Position numbers and translations under genes: made by a program. 64,000 bases of DNA from contig JBAZXC010000001.1 of assembly GCA_041660065.1 (NCBI GenBank), forward strand, positions 328,535 to 392,534, read 5' to 3'. The notes under the pieces are model-generated. The model was not told the origin of the DNA, made no database searches, and worked only from the letters and a program-made list of their open reading frames with translations. This DNA is from Parcubacteria group bacterium. GTDB lineage: Bacteria > Patescibacteriota > Minisyncoccia > Moranbacterales > GCA-2747515. Numbering within the stretch: the first letter of the stretch is position 1; every line of letters begins with the position of its first letter. Positions 48,561-58,114 of the stretch are shown here, piece after piece.

Positions 48561-49616
48561 TTATCCAAAATAATTTTCCACCGCAAATTCAAACTGCTTC
48601 AAAAATAATTCCTTGAAATATGAAATATTATTTTGCTCATAGAATAGAAGAATCGCTTTTTTGTATTCTATTTCGTCCATGTTACGGTAAGAAAGCGGGC
48701 AAGAATCAAAGGACTGTAGAATTGCATTGCCGGATAACCGACTGGTTCGTTTATTTCCATCGACAAATGGCTGAATATAGGCAATAAGAAGCATCAGAAT
48801 AACAGCTTTCTCAAAAACATCTCCTGTTTTGTTCACAAGCTGACAGGATTTTTCTAGAGCCTCTCTGATCTGAAATTCATTGTCAAGCGGCTTGTATTTT
48901 GTCCCAGTTATTCCGACCATGGTTTTTCGCAAATTTTTGGTCACATGCAAACTATCCACTATCAGTGAGTGGATGTTTTCTATTTTGGAAACCGATACTA
49001 ACTGGAAATTTTTTCTGTTGTTCCCGATATAGTCCAGAGCCTTCTTGTGATTAAGGATCATGATCATCTCTTCCTTGGTGTGTCCCAATGCTTCTTGTTG
49101 ATTCTTAATCAGTTGTTCCGTTTCCAGAAGACTGTAGGTATTCCCTTCAATTTTTGACGACTTCCAACTGAAATCGATATTGAGTCTCTCAATTTCTTTC
49201 CTGAGAGCATCAGGAAAGATGTTTTTTATTTTGTCCCTGTAAATTTCATTCAGCTCCAGTAGCTTTTTTTTCTCAGTATCGTTAAAAATGTTTTTTAGAT
49301 GATCAAAGATATCAAAGTTAAACTTCTCCCCGATATCCCGCTGATCGGCATCAGTAGCAAAATACTTTTCGATATCGATTTTCTTAAGTATAGAGTATTG
49401 AGGAGATAATTGATAAATAACTGCCCGCCCGGCTCCCTGCCTCCCAATAAGATTGAGTTCAAGCATTTTCTCCAAATCTCTGGAAATAGTAATTCTGGTC
49501 ACTTCTCCAATGCTTTCTTGAACATGTGCAAGTATCTGCCCAATAGAGGCAGTTTTATTGATCTCAATAAAGACTAAAATGGCATCTTGCCTTTTGTTTA
49601 ACTTGTTGTCTACCAT
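48561..49616 (-). CDS. Fic/DOC family protein with N-terminal wHTH; catalytic-motif His replaced by Gln
   Basis: Motif region reads IQPFVDGNKRTSR (CAG codon confirmed on the minus strand near 48745-48790). The canonical motif is HPFx(D/E)GN(G/K)R. Confidence 0.75.
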   Translation of the reverse strand: MVDNKLNKRQDAILVFIEINKTASIGQILAHVQESIGEVTRITISRDLEKMLELNLIGRQGAGRAVIYQLSPQYSILKKIDIEKYFATDADQRDIGEKFNFDIFDHLKNIFNDTEKKKLLELNEIYRDKIKNIFPDALRKEIERLNIDFSWKSSKIEGNTYSLLETEQLIKNQQEALGHTKEEMIMILNHKKALDYIGNNRKNFQLVSVSKIENIHSLIVDSLHVTKNLRKTMVGITGTKYKPLDNEFQIREALEKSCQLVNKTGDVFEKAVILMLLIAYIQPFVDGNKRTSRLSGNAILQSFDSCPLSYRNMDEIEYKKAILLFYEQNNISYFKELFLKQFEFAVENYFG

Positions 49617-49705
49617 ATTTTTATATCATTTTTATGCCATAATTGTATCATTTATGATACAGAAAGTCAACACGCATGTCCCTAATTTAATATCAGTTCG
49701 TGGGC

Positions 49706-49734
49706 TTGACTTCCGATACAAAATATGCTATAAT
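49706..49734 (+). promoter_or_regulatory. Sigma70-type promoter TTGACT-17-TATAAT for the 49801 gene
   Basis: TTGACT at 49706-49711 and TATAAT at 49729-49734. Confidence 0.6.
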
Positions 49735-49800
49735 ACACGGTTGTCATTAGTTGGCACAAAAACAGTTATTTAATTCAAAAAATAGACGAGGAGAGAAACA

Positions 49801-50661
49801 ATGAAGACTACATCAAAGAATTTTCGTTTGCTGTTTGCATTTTTATTTGCAATGACAATCACCTTCACCTCAAGCGCCACTATGGCCACAGAGGATGAGG
49901 ATGATGTTGCAGATGATGCTGTAGTATCGTCCCAAGATGTCGGCGCTGTGCCTACATCAACAGAAGATGCCGAGGAAGAAACAGCACCTCAACCAACTGA
50001 TGCGCAAGCATCTGATGAGCAGGAGGAAGCGACCGGTCTTTCGGTAAGCGGTGACGTGACAGTTGCCACGATGAACGTGGACGCACTGTCAGGCGAGAAG
50101 TTATCGTCTCACATCACCATCGCGCCGACCGTGATCGTGAGCTACGACGATTTTTATGCAAGTGCCACGCTGACCACGGAGGACTTCGACAAGAGGTTTT
50201 CCGACAACACAGCAAATTCCGTTCAGATTTCTGTCGGCATGGAAAAAGAGTTTGCCGGCATCACGTTTGACGGTGGTATGGGCTTCTTAGATACTCAGAA
50301 TTCCGCAGGAGACTTCTGGTGTATCTACCTCAACGCCGAAATGAAGGAATTAGCAATAATTCCTTACATCAAGGTAGAAGTAGACATCCCTACCAACAAA
50401 GAGATCACCGAAGGCGGCTTCCTATACAGGTTTGGTGGGAAGTACGCCTGGAATGAGATCCTGTTCGATCTGTCAGTTGCAGGTCATGATGGCGCTTATG
50501 GCTACAAGCCCCAAGCGCTCAGCTCAGGACTCCTCTCCGTTTCTAGAGAGTTCACTCTCTGGGGACAAAAGATCATCCCGTCAGTAAACATTCAAAAAAC
50601 ATTTGACACCGATGGGATCGCGGAAGATCTCGTGTGGTTAAACCTGCAAGTCAAGTTCTAA
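49801..50661 (+). CDS. Secreted acidic protein with beta-rich C-terminal domain ending in …VKF (OMP-like terminal Phe)
   Basis: Signal peptide, a D/E-rich low-complexity segment, then alternating hydrophobic strands. C-terminal Phe. Confidence 0.5.
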   Translation: MKTTSKNFRLLFAFLFAMTITFTSSATMATEDEDDVADDAVVSSQDVGAVPTSTEDAEEETAPQPTDAQASDEQEEATGLSVSGDVTVATMNVDALSGEKLSSHITIAPTVIVSYDDFYASATLTTEDFDKRFSDNTANSVQISVGMEKEFAGITFDGGMGFLDTQNSAGDFWCIYLNAEMKELAIIPYIKVEVDIPTNKEITEGGFLYRFGGKYAWNEILFDLSVAGHDGAYGYKPQALSSGLLSVSREFTLWGQKIIPSVNIQKTFDTDGIAEDLVWLNLQVKF

Positions 50662-50687
50662 CCAACCGACTGCTCTCCTCGCACAAA

Positions 50688-50730
50688 AAGACCGGCTGAC
50701 AGCAATTGTCATCCGGTTTTTCATTTTTTA
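50688..50730 (+). terminator. Rho-independent terminator
   Basis: CCGGCTGACA…TGTCATCCGG stem followed by TTTTTCATTTTTT. Confidence 0.6.
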
Positions 50731-50797
50731 AATCTCCCTCAGTCCCTCTTTACAAAAGAGGGATATTTTAAATCTCAAATCAGATTTCCTACTTTCT

Positions 50798-50880
50798 ATT
50801 TACCAGTCCGTAGCTTTAGCGAAGGATGGCTCTACCAATCTACTAATCTACCAGTCTAAATGTCTACCAATCTAACAAAC
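50798..50880. repeat. ATTTACCAGTCCGTAGCTTTAGCGAAGGATGGCT repeat (copy 3) followed by TCTACCAATCTA-type short tandem repeats
   Basis: Identical core to 18886-18919 and 40704-40738. Followed by CTACCAATCTACTAATCTACCAGTCTAAATGTCTACCAATCTA. Confidence 0.6.
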
Positions 50881-52616
50881 TACACTCCCGTATGTTGCAA
50901 TTCGTGGAGTTTTTTGTATACACCACCGTGACGGATGAGCTCATTGTGGTCACCGCGTTCAATGATGCGCCCGTTGTCTACCACGAGGATCATATCCGCT
51001 TTACGCACCGTGCTCAGTCGGTGCGCGATCACGATCGTCGTGCGTCCGCGCATCACTTCTTCCATTGCATCTTGAATGTATTTTTCTGACTCACTATCGA
51101 GTGCACTTGTTGCTTCATCGAGGATAAGGATCCGCGGATCGCGCAAGATCGCACGCGCGATCGACAAACGCTGGCGTTGACCGGCAGACAGTTTGGCACC
51201 GCGATCTCCGATCAATGTGTCGTAATTTTTGGGCAGTTTGTGCACGAACTCATGGCAATGCGCCTTGCGTGCGACACGTAAAATTTCATCCGGTCGCGCG
51301 CTCTTGCGTGAATATGTGATATTGCTTTTGATCGAGTCGTGAAACAGTCCATTCTCCTGCGACACGATCGCGATCTGGCGGCGCAAGTCTTCCAATCTGA
51401 TGTTGCGTACATCGATCCCATCAATGCGCACTGCACCCTCTGTCGGTATGAGAAAACGCGGGATCAGATCCACGAGCGTCGTCTTGCCTTGTCCGCTCTT
51501 CCCCACGATCGCCACCATTTGTCCCGGCTGGATCGTGAAATTCACGTCTTTCAATATCTCTCGCTCTCCATAGGAGAAATGTACATGGTCAAACTCGATC
51601 TTGCCATCGCAACGATCCATGTGCTCGGCGTGGAGATCGAGATATTTTTCCTCCGGTACGCGGTAGATCTCTTCGGCGCGCGCGATCGTGACTAGGCCTT
51701 CTTGCAATTCTTTGTAATTACTTCCAAGCGTTTGGATCGATGCGGATGCCATGTTGATATATGCCAGCAACATAATAAACTGCCCGATCGTGATCATATC
51801 CCGCGTGATAAAATACAACCCTGTAAGAAAAAGCAAAAGGAATCCTGTAGAAAAAACCACATGCTGCCAAAACTGCAATTTCATGAGAAATCCTGTGTAA
51901 CGATCGAATTGACGATAGATCTTCTCATATTTTTCACAGTTTTGCAGGTATTCCGCTTCCTCCGTGCCATGTGCTTTGATCACAAACACGTTTGGCGTAC
52001 GTTCAAATACGTCGCCGTAGATATCTTCCAGTTTTTCACTGATATCCTCGTTATACGTAATGATCGGCTTTGTCTTGATGATCGTGATAATGATAAACAC
52101 GCCCACAAACACAAGATAAATTAACGCCAACTCCCACCGAATCCACATGATCACACAAAAGGCCAAAAATGATGTGAGAATATGTGGCGCACTCTGTAAT
52201 ACGCCATCATTGATCACACGATCCATATATGCGTCAGCACGATCAAATCTCTCGATATATTCCCCCGTCTTATTTTCCCTGTGAAATGACAATGGGAGAC
52301 GGATCAAGTGGCGCACATATCGCGTGAACATATCAATGCCAATTTTATAACCGATCCGCACACCCCACCGCACACGCATACGCATCGCCCATTCACTCAC
52401 GAGACTGAGGATATACCATCCACCGATAAGGACGAGTACGATCAGAGAAAAACTCTTCTCTCCGACCACGATGTCTATCGACTTTCCATAAAGAAGTGGC
52501 AGGATCAATTGGATGCCATTTTCCACAAGCACAAAAAGCAAGGCCACTACAAACATCTTTTTGTGCGGTTGAATATACTTTTTGATCGTTGAAAAATGTG
52601 TTTTTACATAACTCAT
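50880..52616 (-). CDS. ABC transporter permease/ATP-binding protein (MsbA-like exporter)
   Basis: Six-TM domain, Walker A GKSGQGKTT, ABC signature LSAGQRQR, Walker B ILILDEATSALD. Confidence 0.9.
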   Translation of the reverse strand: MSYVKTHFSTIKKYIQPHKKMFVVALLFVLVENGIQLILPLLYGKSIDIVVGEKSFSLIVLVLIGGWYILSLVSEWAMRMRVRWGVRIGYKIGIDMFTRYVRHLIRLPLSFHRENKTGEYIERFDRADAYMDRVINDGVLQSAPHILTSFLAFCVIMWIRWELALIYLVFVGVFIIITIIKTKPIITYNEDISEKLEDIYGDVFERTPNVFVIKAHGTEEAEYLQNCEKYEKIYRQFDRYTGFLMKLQFWQHVVFSTGFLLLFLTGLYFITRDMITIGQFIMLLAYINMASASIQTLGSNYKELQEGLVTIARAEEIYRVPEEKYLDLHAEHMDRCDGKIEFDHVHFSYGEREILKDVNFTIQPGQMVAIVGKSGQGKTTLVDLIPRFLIPTEGAVRIDGIDVRNIRLEDLRRQIAIVSQENGLFHDSIKSNITYSRKSARPDEILRVARKAHCHEFVHKLPKNYDTLIGDRGAKLSAGQRQRLSIARAILRDPRILILDEATSALDSESEKYIQDAMEEVMRGRTTIVIAHRLSTVRKADMILVVDNGRIIERGDHNELIRHGGVYKKLHELQHTGV

Positions 52617-52642
52617 AAGAAAATACTTTCTTGAGTATTGTT

Positions 52643-53410
52643 TTATTTTTTTATTCCAAAGAGAAATGAATCTCGTTCACCATAGCTCGGGATCATAATA
52701 TCAGAACGTGTGACATCAGTAAAATATTCTTCAAAAATACCTTGTAACAATAGGGCTGCATCAACGTACTTATCACGATCAACATCAGTGTCTCCAGCCT
52801 GAAATGCCACCCATCCCCCGGTTTTTACAACTTTATGCGTCAATGCAATCACCTTTCTGTAAAATTCTGTAAATTCAGCCTTTTCTTCTTCAGTAATCGG
52901 CTCTCCTGTAAAATCACAAACGAGTCCGTCATAAAGTTCCTTTCCCTCTTTTACGGCATTTTCCATGTATACCAATCCATCCCCTATATGCAAATGTAAT
53001 CGCGGATCATCAAAAACCTTTTGTTCCAAAAATTCTTTGGCACAATAAATGATCTCGGGATCCAATTCTGCCAGATCAATTTGCAACTGCGGATTCTGTG
53101 TCAACGCCTCCTGCGCAACATATCCATCACCGCCTCCCAAAATCGCCAATGATCGATCTTCCGGTCGCAATAGCGTAAGAATCTCCTTATCATACAAATG
53201 ATGATCACTTTCTGCTGTCTGCATGCACTTATTGATTATCAAACAACGTCCAAACTCTTTTGTATCAATTACCATAATATCCTGAAATTCAGACTTTTTA
53301 TCATAAAAAATCTCTTTGACTCCAATTGTCATATTCTCTCCGGTTTCAAAAATCGGCAAGGTGATTGATTGGATATTCTCATTCTCTCCTTTCGTCTTCA
53401 TTTTTTCCAT
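52643..53410 (-). CDS. speE: Spermidine synthase-like aminopropyltransferase (stand-alone)
   Basis: ILGGGDGYVAQEAL…DLAELDPE…GDG pattern of the SpeE fold. Confidence 0.7.
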   Translation of the reverse strand: MEKMKTKGENENIQSITLPIFETGENMTIGVKEIFYDKKSEFQDIMVIDTKEFGRCLIINKCMQTAESDHHLYDKEILTLLRPEDRSLAILGGGDGYVAQEALTQNPQLQIDLAELDPEIIYCAKEFLEQKVFDDPRLHLHIGDGLVYMENAVKEGKELYDGLVCDFTGEPITEEEKAEFTEFYRKVIALTHKVVKTGGWVAFQAGDTDVDRDKYVDAALLLQGIFEEYFTDVTRSDIMIPSYGERDSFLFGIKK

Positions 53411-53448
53411 ATTTTTTATAATAATATTTATGCTATATATCTAATACA

Positions 53449-54576
53449 TTATTTCTTTGCAAAAAGAAATGCGTGATTTGTGCCAAAACTCGGGACAAAA
53501 ACATCGCTTTGCTCGATATCTTTCCATGACTTTTCCTGTAATATTTCCTTTACGATTGAGACTGCGTCGACAGTTTCCACTGAAACTGTTGATGCACCGG
53601 CCTGAATCGCGATCCATCCCCCATCTGTCAATTTCTCATACGCCAGATCGCACGCTTCATCATAAAACGCAGAAAACTCCTCCCCATCCTCGCGACCGAT
53701 CGGCTTGTCAGTAAGATCAAAGATGATACCGTCATAATTTTTGTCCGTTGTTTTGAGATAATGCAACGCATCCGCAATATGCAACTGCGCTTGTTCATTG
53801 CAAAAAACATCTTGTCCGAGATGCCGCTCGCACGCTCGCACCACTTCCACATCCAGATCCACCACATCCACCCGCACTTTTGATTGTGGGTTTTCTGCAA
53901 GCACGCGCCCTGTAATATATCCATCACCACCACCAAGAATCAAGATATTTTTATCTTCCGGCCGTAATTTTTTGATCATCTCTCGATCATACAGATAATG
54001 ATCTTTTTCCGCCGCTTGCATCATATTGTCAATGATCAGACATTTGCCAAATTCCTTTGTATCCACGATCATGATCTTTTGCAAAGCTGTTTCGACCTCG
54101 ACAATATCTTGCACCACATCCACATACATCAATTCTCCCGTACTGAAAACCGGTAAAGCCATGCGATATTTCTCAAATGAACACCCTTGTCTCTCCACGA
54201 TCGCACCACCCTTTCTTGCAACGCGATACCCGCGCTGGATCTTTTTTATCTCGACACATTCATACGTGATATGTTCTTTGAGATATTGCACTGCTCGTTC
54301 TGTTTCTGCTTCTATCGCGCATGTAAACACATCGCACACCACATAATTGTTTTCTGGCCATGTATGGATGGAGATATGCGATGACGACAACAACAAATAC
54401 CCCGTGATACCCTGCGGTTCAAATTCAAAGAAAAAATCATGCAACGATTCCATCGTTGTCCCCTCAATTGACGCATGAAGTACCTGCTTCCAAAAATTCA
54501 CATCATTGATCTGCTCGATATCACACCCAAAAAACTCAATAAGAAAATGAAACCCGTCCGGTTTACTGTTAAACAT
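53449..54576 (-). CDS. Fusion of S-adenosylmethionine decarboxylase (SpeH-type proenzyme) with spermidine synthase domain
   Basis: The N-terminal ~120 aa have the SSSHISIHTWPE processing/active-site motif of class 1B AdoMetDC. The C-terminal ILGGGDGYITGRVL…VDLDVEVV… is the SpeE fold. Confidence 0.75.
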   Translation of the reverse strand: MFNSKPDGFHFLIEFFGCDIEQINDVNFWKQVLHASIEGTTMESLHDFFFEFEPQGITGYLLLSSSHISIHTWPENNYVVCDVFTCAIEAETERAVQYLKEHITYECVEIKKIQRGYRVARKGGAIVERQGCSFEKYRMALPVFSTGELMYVDVVQDIVEVETALQKIMIVDTKEFGKCLIIDNMMQAAEKDHYLYDREMIKKLRPEDKNILILGGGDGYITGRVLAENPQSKVRVDVVDLDVEVVRACERHLGQDVFCNEQAQLHIADALHYLKTTDKNYDGIIFDLTDKPIGREDGEEFSAFYDEACDLAYEKLTDGGWIAIQAGASTVSVETVDAVSIVKEILQEKSWKDIEQSDVFVPSFGTNHAFLFAKK

Positions 54577-54639
54577 ATTGCGTCATCATCACATATTACA
54601 CATAAAATCTCTGCACTATACCATCAAATTAAAAATATG

Positions 54640-55281
54640 TCAATCATTCGCTTCAGGAGAAACTACCATGTCCTTATCAGTCATATCTGCGCTTTCATTA
54701 TCTTCTCCTGCTTCAACACCCTCATCCGCCACTACTCCATCTTCTGCTTCAATCATTCCTCCTTCAACTACCCCTGCCTCATCAACACTTCCTTCTCCTT
54801 CCTCCAATTCTTCCTCCTCACCTTCTTCATCTTCCAGAAGAGCTTCCGGATGTTCGTTGATGTATGTCTCAGGATCACTACATGTCACTTCGTCAACTTT
54901 TGCTGTCTCCTCAGTACACGTTACCTCACCGCAATCTTCCTCCCCATCATCACATGCGAACGGATCGCAATCCGCATCATCCACATTACATTCTGGCACA
55001 TTTTTTGCCAATCGTTCCAGATGTGTATAATACCACACATCCTCTTCTGGATTGCCCGTACATTTTTCTTCCTCATCGACAGCATCCGGATCACATTCCC
55101 ATACATAACAGATCTCTACAGTCGGATCACAATCATCATGATAGACAAGTATATATCCCCGATCAATCACAAAATGCCAGTAGGAATATCCTATCCCGCC
55201 AAAGATCACCAAAAACATCATAACCACAAAACCTTTATCTTTAAGTTCCATACTATTTTTTGTTTTATCCACAAAACTCAT
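54640..55281 (-). CDS. Membrane-anchored, extremely acidic Cys-containing protein
   Basis: N-terminal TM helix, then a D/E-rich region with repeated CDPD / C-x-x-C elements. Opposite-strand ORFs 54475-55323 are low-complexity shadows. Confidence 0.45.
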   Translation of the reverse strand: MSFVDKTKNSMELKDKGFVVMMFLVIFGGIGYSYWHFVIDRGYILVYHDDCDPTVEICYVWECDPDAVDEEEKCTGNPEEDVWYYTHLERLAKNVPECNVDDADCDPFACDDGEEDCGEVTCTEETAKVDEVTCSDPETYINEHPEALLEDEEGEEEELEEGEGSVDEAGVVEGGMIEAEDGVVADEGVEAGEDNESADMTDKDMVVSPEAND

Positions 55282-55379
55282 CCTTCCGTCCGCACCAACA
55301 AACGTCTCTTCTATTGTCTATAAGTATATCATACAATGACGTCTTGTGCTTCCTGAAAAAAATTACTTCTTTATTTTGA

Positions 55380-56531
55380 TCATTTGAGATATTTGCCATA
55401 CTTTCCCGGATCATAATAACAATTCGGGTTTGGATACTCATCAGGATCCAGACAGCACTCCATATCCATATGACGACTTTTGTGTTGGTTGCTTTTGCCA
55501 GGCTTGTCATTTTTCTTATTGCAGACACGTCTCCCCGCCGAATCTTTTTTGTACGCGGCAGGTAGCGGTGCACTAATCCTTGCTACAGCAGGCCTCGGCT
55601 TGGGACGCACGACATCAATATTTGTAAACTGTGAGACCGCAGAAAAAAATTCCGGCACAACATCCGCAGTGACAACCATCGGATCAATACCATCACCTTG
55701 TGCTGTTGTGCTGACAATTGGCACGATATTGTAGATATATTGTCCTTTTACAACAGTAAAAAAGAGTGCACTCTCATAACATTCATTCATTGGTGGCACA
55801 TACATTTCTTCCGCGGGATATTCCCCCGTTTCGATCATAGATCCACTCGGCACAGCACAGAGCCCCGCCACCGAAAGATCGTTATTTTTCATCGCGGGAA
55901 ACTCATCCGTATCAGATAAATTTACCGTTTTTGCAGTATCATAGACCGCCACAGAGAAACCCACTGGCTCACTATACATATCACTATGTTTGAGAAAGTC
56001 CACGCGATATATTGCTCGCGATGTGGCATCGACTTTTTTTGTCACAACCGTCCACCCGCTTTCAGGATATTTGATCGTAAATCCGTACCATTTACTTGCA
56101 AATTCTTTCCACGCATCCGTCGGCAAAGATTCTTGGATCGTTGCAATCTCTTGAATATTATCCTCCTCAAATTGTTGCATGAGCTGCGTGTATGATTCTG
56201 AACTGATTTTGCGTTCATACGCAATGATCTCCTTTTGTGTTTGATAATAATAGATACCATACCCCACACCACAAATAACAAGCAGCAAAAAAAGACCTGT
56301 CCCGAGCCACATAACAGTTCGCCGATCGATCTTTCGAAATAATTCTTTAAAAAAATGTTTGCCTTTTTTTTGAATATTTTTATGCTGTTCTCCCTGTGCA
56401 TCATGCGTGCCATCCGTCACTCTTTTATGATCAAATCGATTATCTTTTTTCTCTTCTTGTACGACAGATCGATCTTCATGATCTTTGTTTTCTGCTATCC
56501 TCTTTTTCTTTTTTTTCTTTTTTGCGCTCAT
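55380..56531 (-). CDS. hypothetical membrane protein with Lys-rich N-terminus
   Basis: MSAKKKKKKKR… one TM helix, then a large extracytoplasmic domain. Confidence 0.5.
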   Translation of the reverse strand: MSAKKKKKKKRIAENKDHEDRSVVQEEKKDNRFDHKRVTDGTHDAQGEQHKNIQKKGKHFFKELFRKIDRRTVMWLGTGLFLLLVICGVGYGIYYYQTQKEIIAYERKISSESYTQLMQQFEEDNIQEIATIQESLPTDAWKEFASKWYGFTIKYPESGWTVVTKKVDATSRAIYRVDFLKHSDMYSEPVGFSVAVYDTAKTVNLSDTDEFPAMKNNDLSVAGLCAVPSGSMIETGEYPAEEMYVPPMNECYESALFFTVVKGQYIYNIVPIVSTTAQGDGIDPMVVTADVVPEFFSAVSQFTNIDVVRPKPRPAVARISAPLPAAYKKDSAGRRVCNKKNDKPGKSNQHKSRHMDMECCLDPDEYPNPNCYYDPGKYGKYLK

Positions 56532-56614
56532 AAAAAAATCGAGAAATTTAATATCTACCTCATAATATCATGTGTTTCAAACACTGGTCAAACAACACGG
56601 AAGATCCTCAAAAA

Positions 56615-57202
56615 CTACATCCCTAATTCATCACCGATGCCCTGCAATGCCGTCAAACTCAGTGTCAAAAATTCATCCAATGGGATTCCCGCATCTTCAC
56701 ACTCCTTGATGATCGCGCGATCACAGCGTGCCGCAAAAGACTTTGTCTTGAATTTTTTCTTGAGCGACTTTGCGCTCACACTTGCCAATTTTTTGTCCGG
56801 TTGCATCAGTGCTGAAGCGATCACGAGTCCTGTCACTGTCTCAGCAGCGGCAAGACTGTGTTGGATGCGTGTCGTGCGTTTTTGATCGGTAAGCGCAGGA
56901 ATTGATGCATTGGCATATCCATGCGAGATAATCGTCGTAATAAGAAATTCCGTCGCTCCCGCATCGCGCAAAATCTCTTGACACATGACACAATGTTGCG
57001 CTGGCTCATTTTTGGTCTGATCCCAATCGATATCGTGCAACAGTCCGGCAATGCCCCACACATCTTCATCTTCCCCAAAATGTCGCGCCAGCGCGCGCAT
57101 GACTTCTTCCGACTCCCGCAAATGCAATCGCGTTACAGGATCAGTAATATATCGATCCACCAATTGCATCGCCCCTTCCCTCGTAATCCCAATATTCTCC
57201 AT
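56615..57202 (-). CDS. HD-domain phosphohydrolase
   Basis: H…GLLHDIDW HD motif, ~195 aa. Confidence 0.75.
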   Translation of the reverse strand: MENIGITREGAMQLVDRYITDPVTRLHLRESEEVMRALARHFGEDEDVWGIAGLLHDIDWDQTKNEPAQHCVMCQEILRDAGATEFLITTIISHGYANASIPALTDQKRTTRIQHSLAAAETVTGLVIASALMQPDKKLASVSAKSLKKKFKTKSFAARCDRAIIKECEDAGIPLDEFLTLSLTALQGIGDELGM

Positions 57203-57341
57203 AAAAAATCCTCCTAAAAAAATTACGTATGTTTTTGTGTGTATAATTTATGTCTTGTTTTTATTGTATCACGATATGTGTTGTAAATAAAAGAACGGGA
57301 ATACACAGCATTATGTGCATTCCCGATATTTGCTCTTGTTG

Positions 57342-57836
57342 TCATACAGATCGTTTTTTGCCCTCCTTCCATGTGATCTTAACAACCATTTGTTTTTGTC
57401 TTCCCCACTTTTTTGCCTTTTTACTTGCAATCTTGCCTTTGCCACAGTAGAGATCCAAGCGATTACCTTTGATCGCACCACCGCGATCAGCAGTAACACC
57501 TGCTCCATACCCCGGCACGATCCAAACCGTTCCATAAGGAACATTTGGACCGGCGGCAATTGTCCCAAACGTTGTTTCCGTGGGAATTTGTGGGATGACA
57601 CCCGTACTCGTCTTTTTTCCTTTCCCATTGAGGGCGACGAGCTTGTGATAGTTCTTTTGCTCTGGCACCGGCGTAATATATGCCGTTGTCCTTACCGGAA
57701 CCATTTCGATACGTACAGGCACATGCTGCGTGACAAATCGCTGCACATCTGCTACAACAGGATACTCGTACGAAAAGTGTGTAAGAAGCAAAAATAACGT
57801 TAACAAAACAACCTCCTTGTGTTTGTGTATGCACAT
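57342..57836 (-). CDS. 3D-domain (MltA/Rpf-like) cell-wall-binding protein, secreted
   Basis: Signal peptide. [30 protein letters not shown] matches the 3D domain. Confidence 0.65.
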   Translation of the reverse strand: MCIHKHKEVVLLTLFLLLTHFSYEYPVVADVQRFVTQHVPVRIEMVPVRTTAYITPVPEQKNYHKLVALNGKGKKTSTGVIPQIPTETTFGTIAAGPNVPYGTVWIVPGYGAGVTADRGGAIKGNRLDLYCGKGKIASKKAKKWGRQKQMVVKITWKEGKKRSV

Positions 57837-58039
57837 TATTGCATACGTTGATATATAAAGAACAAAAAAACAGGTCCTACTAAATCTAGGGCTAGTTATA
57901 TAACAGACGACAAAAGACGTGGTGTCTTTTATTCATCATCATTGGTTAGTACGACAAAAAGTCGCTTTTTCTTTCATTCTTCCAAAGATTTCATTCTGTG
58001 ATACCATTATACTTTATAATAAAATTTCTGTCAATCATT

Positions 58040-58096
58040 CTCAATTATTTTTAATTTAAAAAACGACATATCCAATATGTGAATATGTCGTCTCAT
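58040..58096 (-). terminator. Hairpin terminator downstream of the Prs-like gene
   Basis: CGACATAT…ATATGTCG stem. The minus-strand reading is followed by TTTTTTAAATT. Confidence 0.55.
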
Positions 58097-58114
58097 TGAT
58101 TTCCTTGGATCATT

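Noticed and set aside
54475-55323. Plus-strand ORFs (282 aa and 150 aa) opposite the polyacidic protein
   Set aside because: Translation is F/L/S/I-rich low-complexity, as expected from reading GA-rich coding sequence in reverse. The minus-strand product has a TM anchor and plausible composition.
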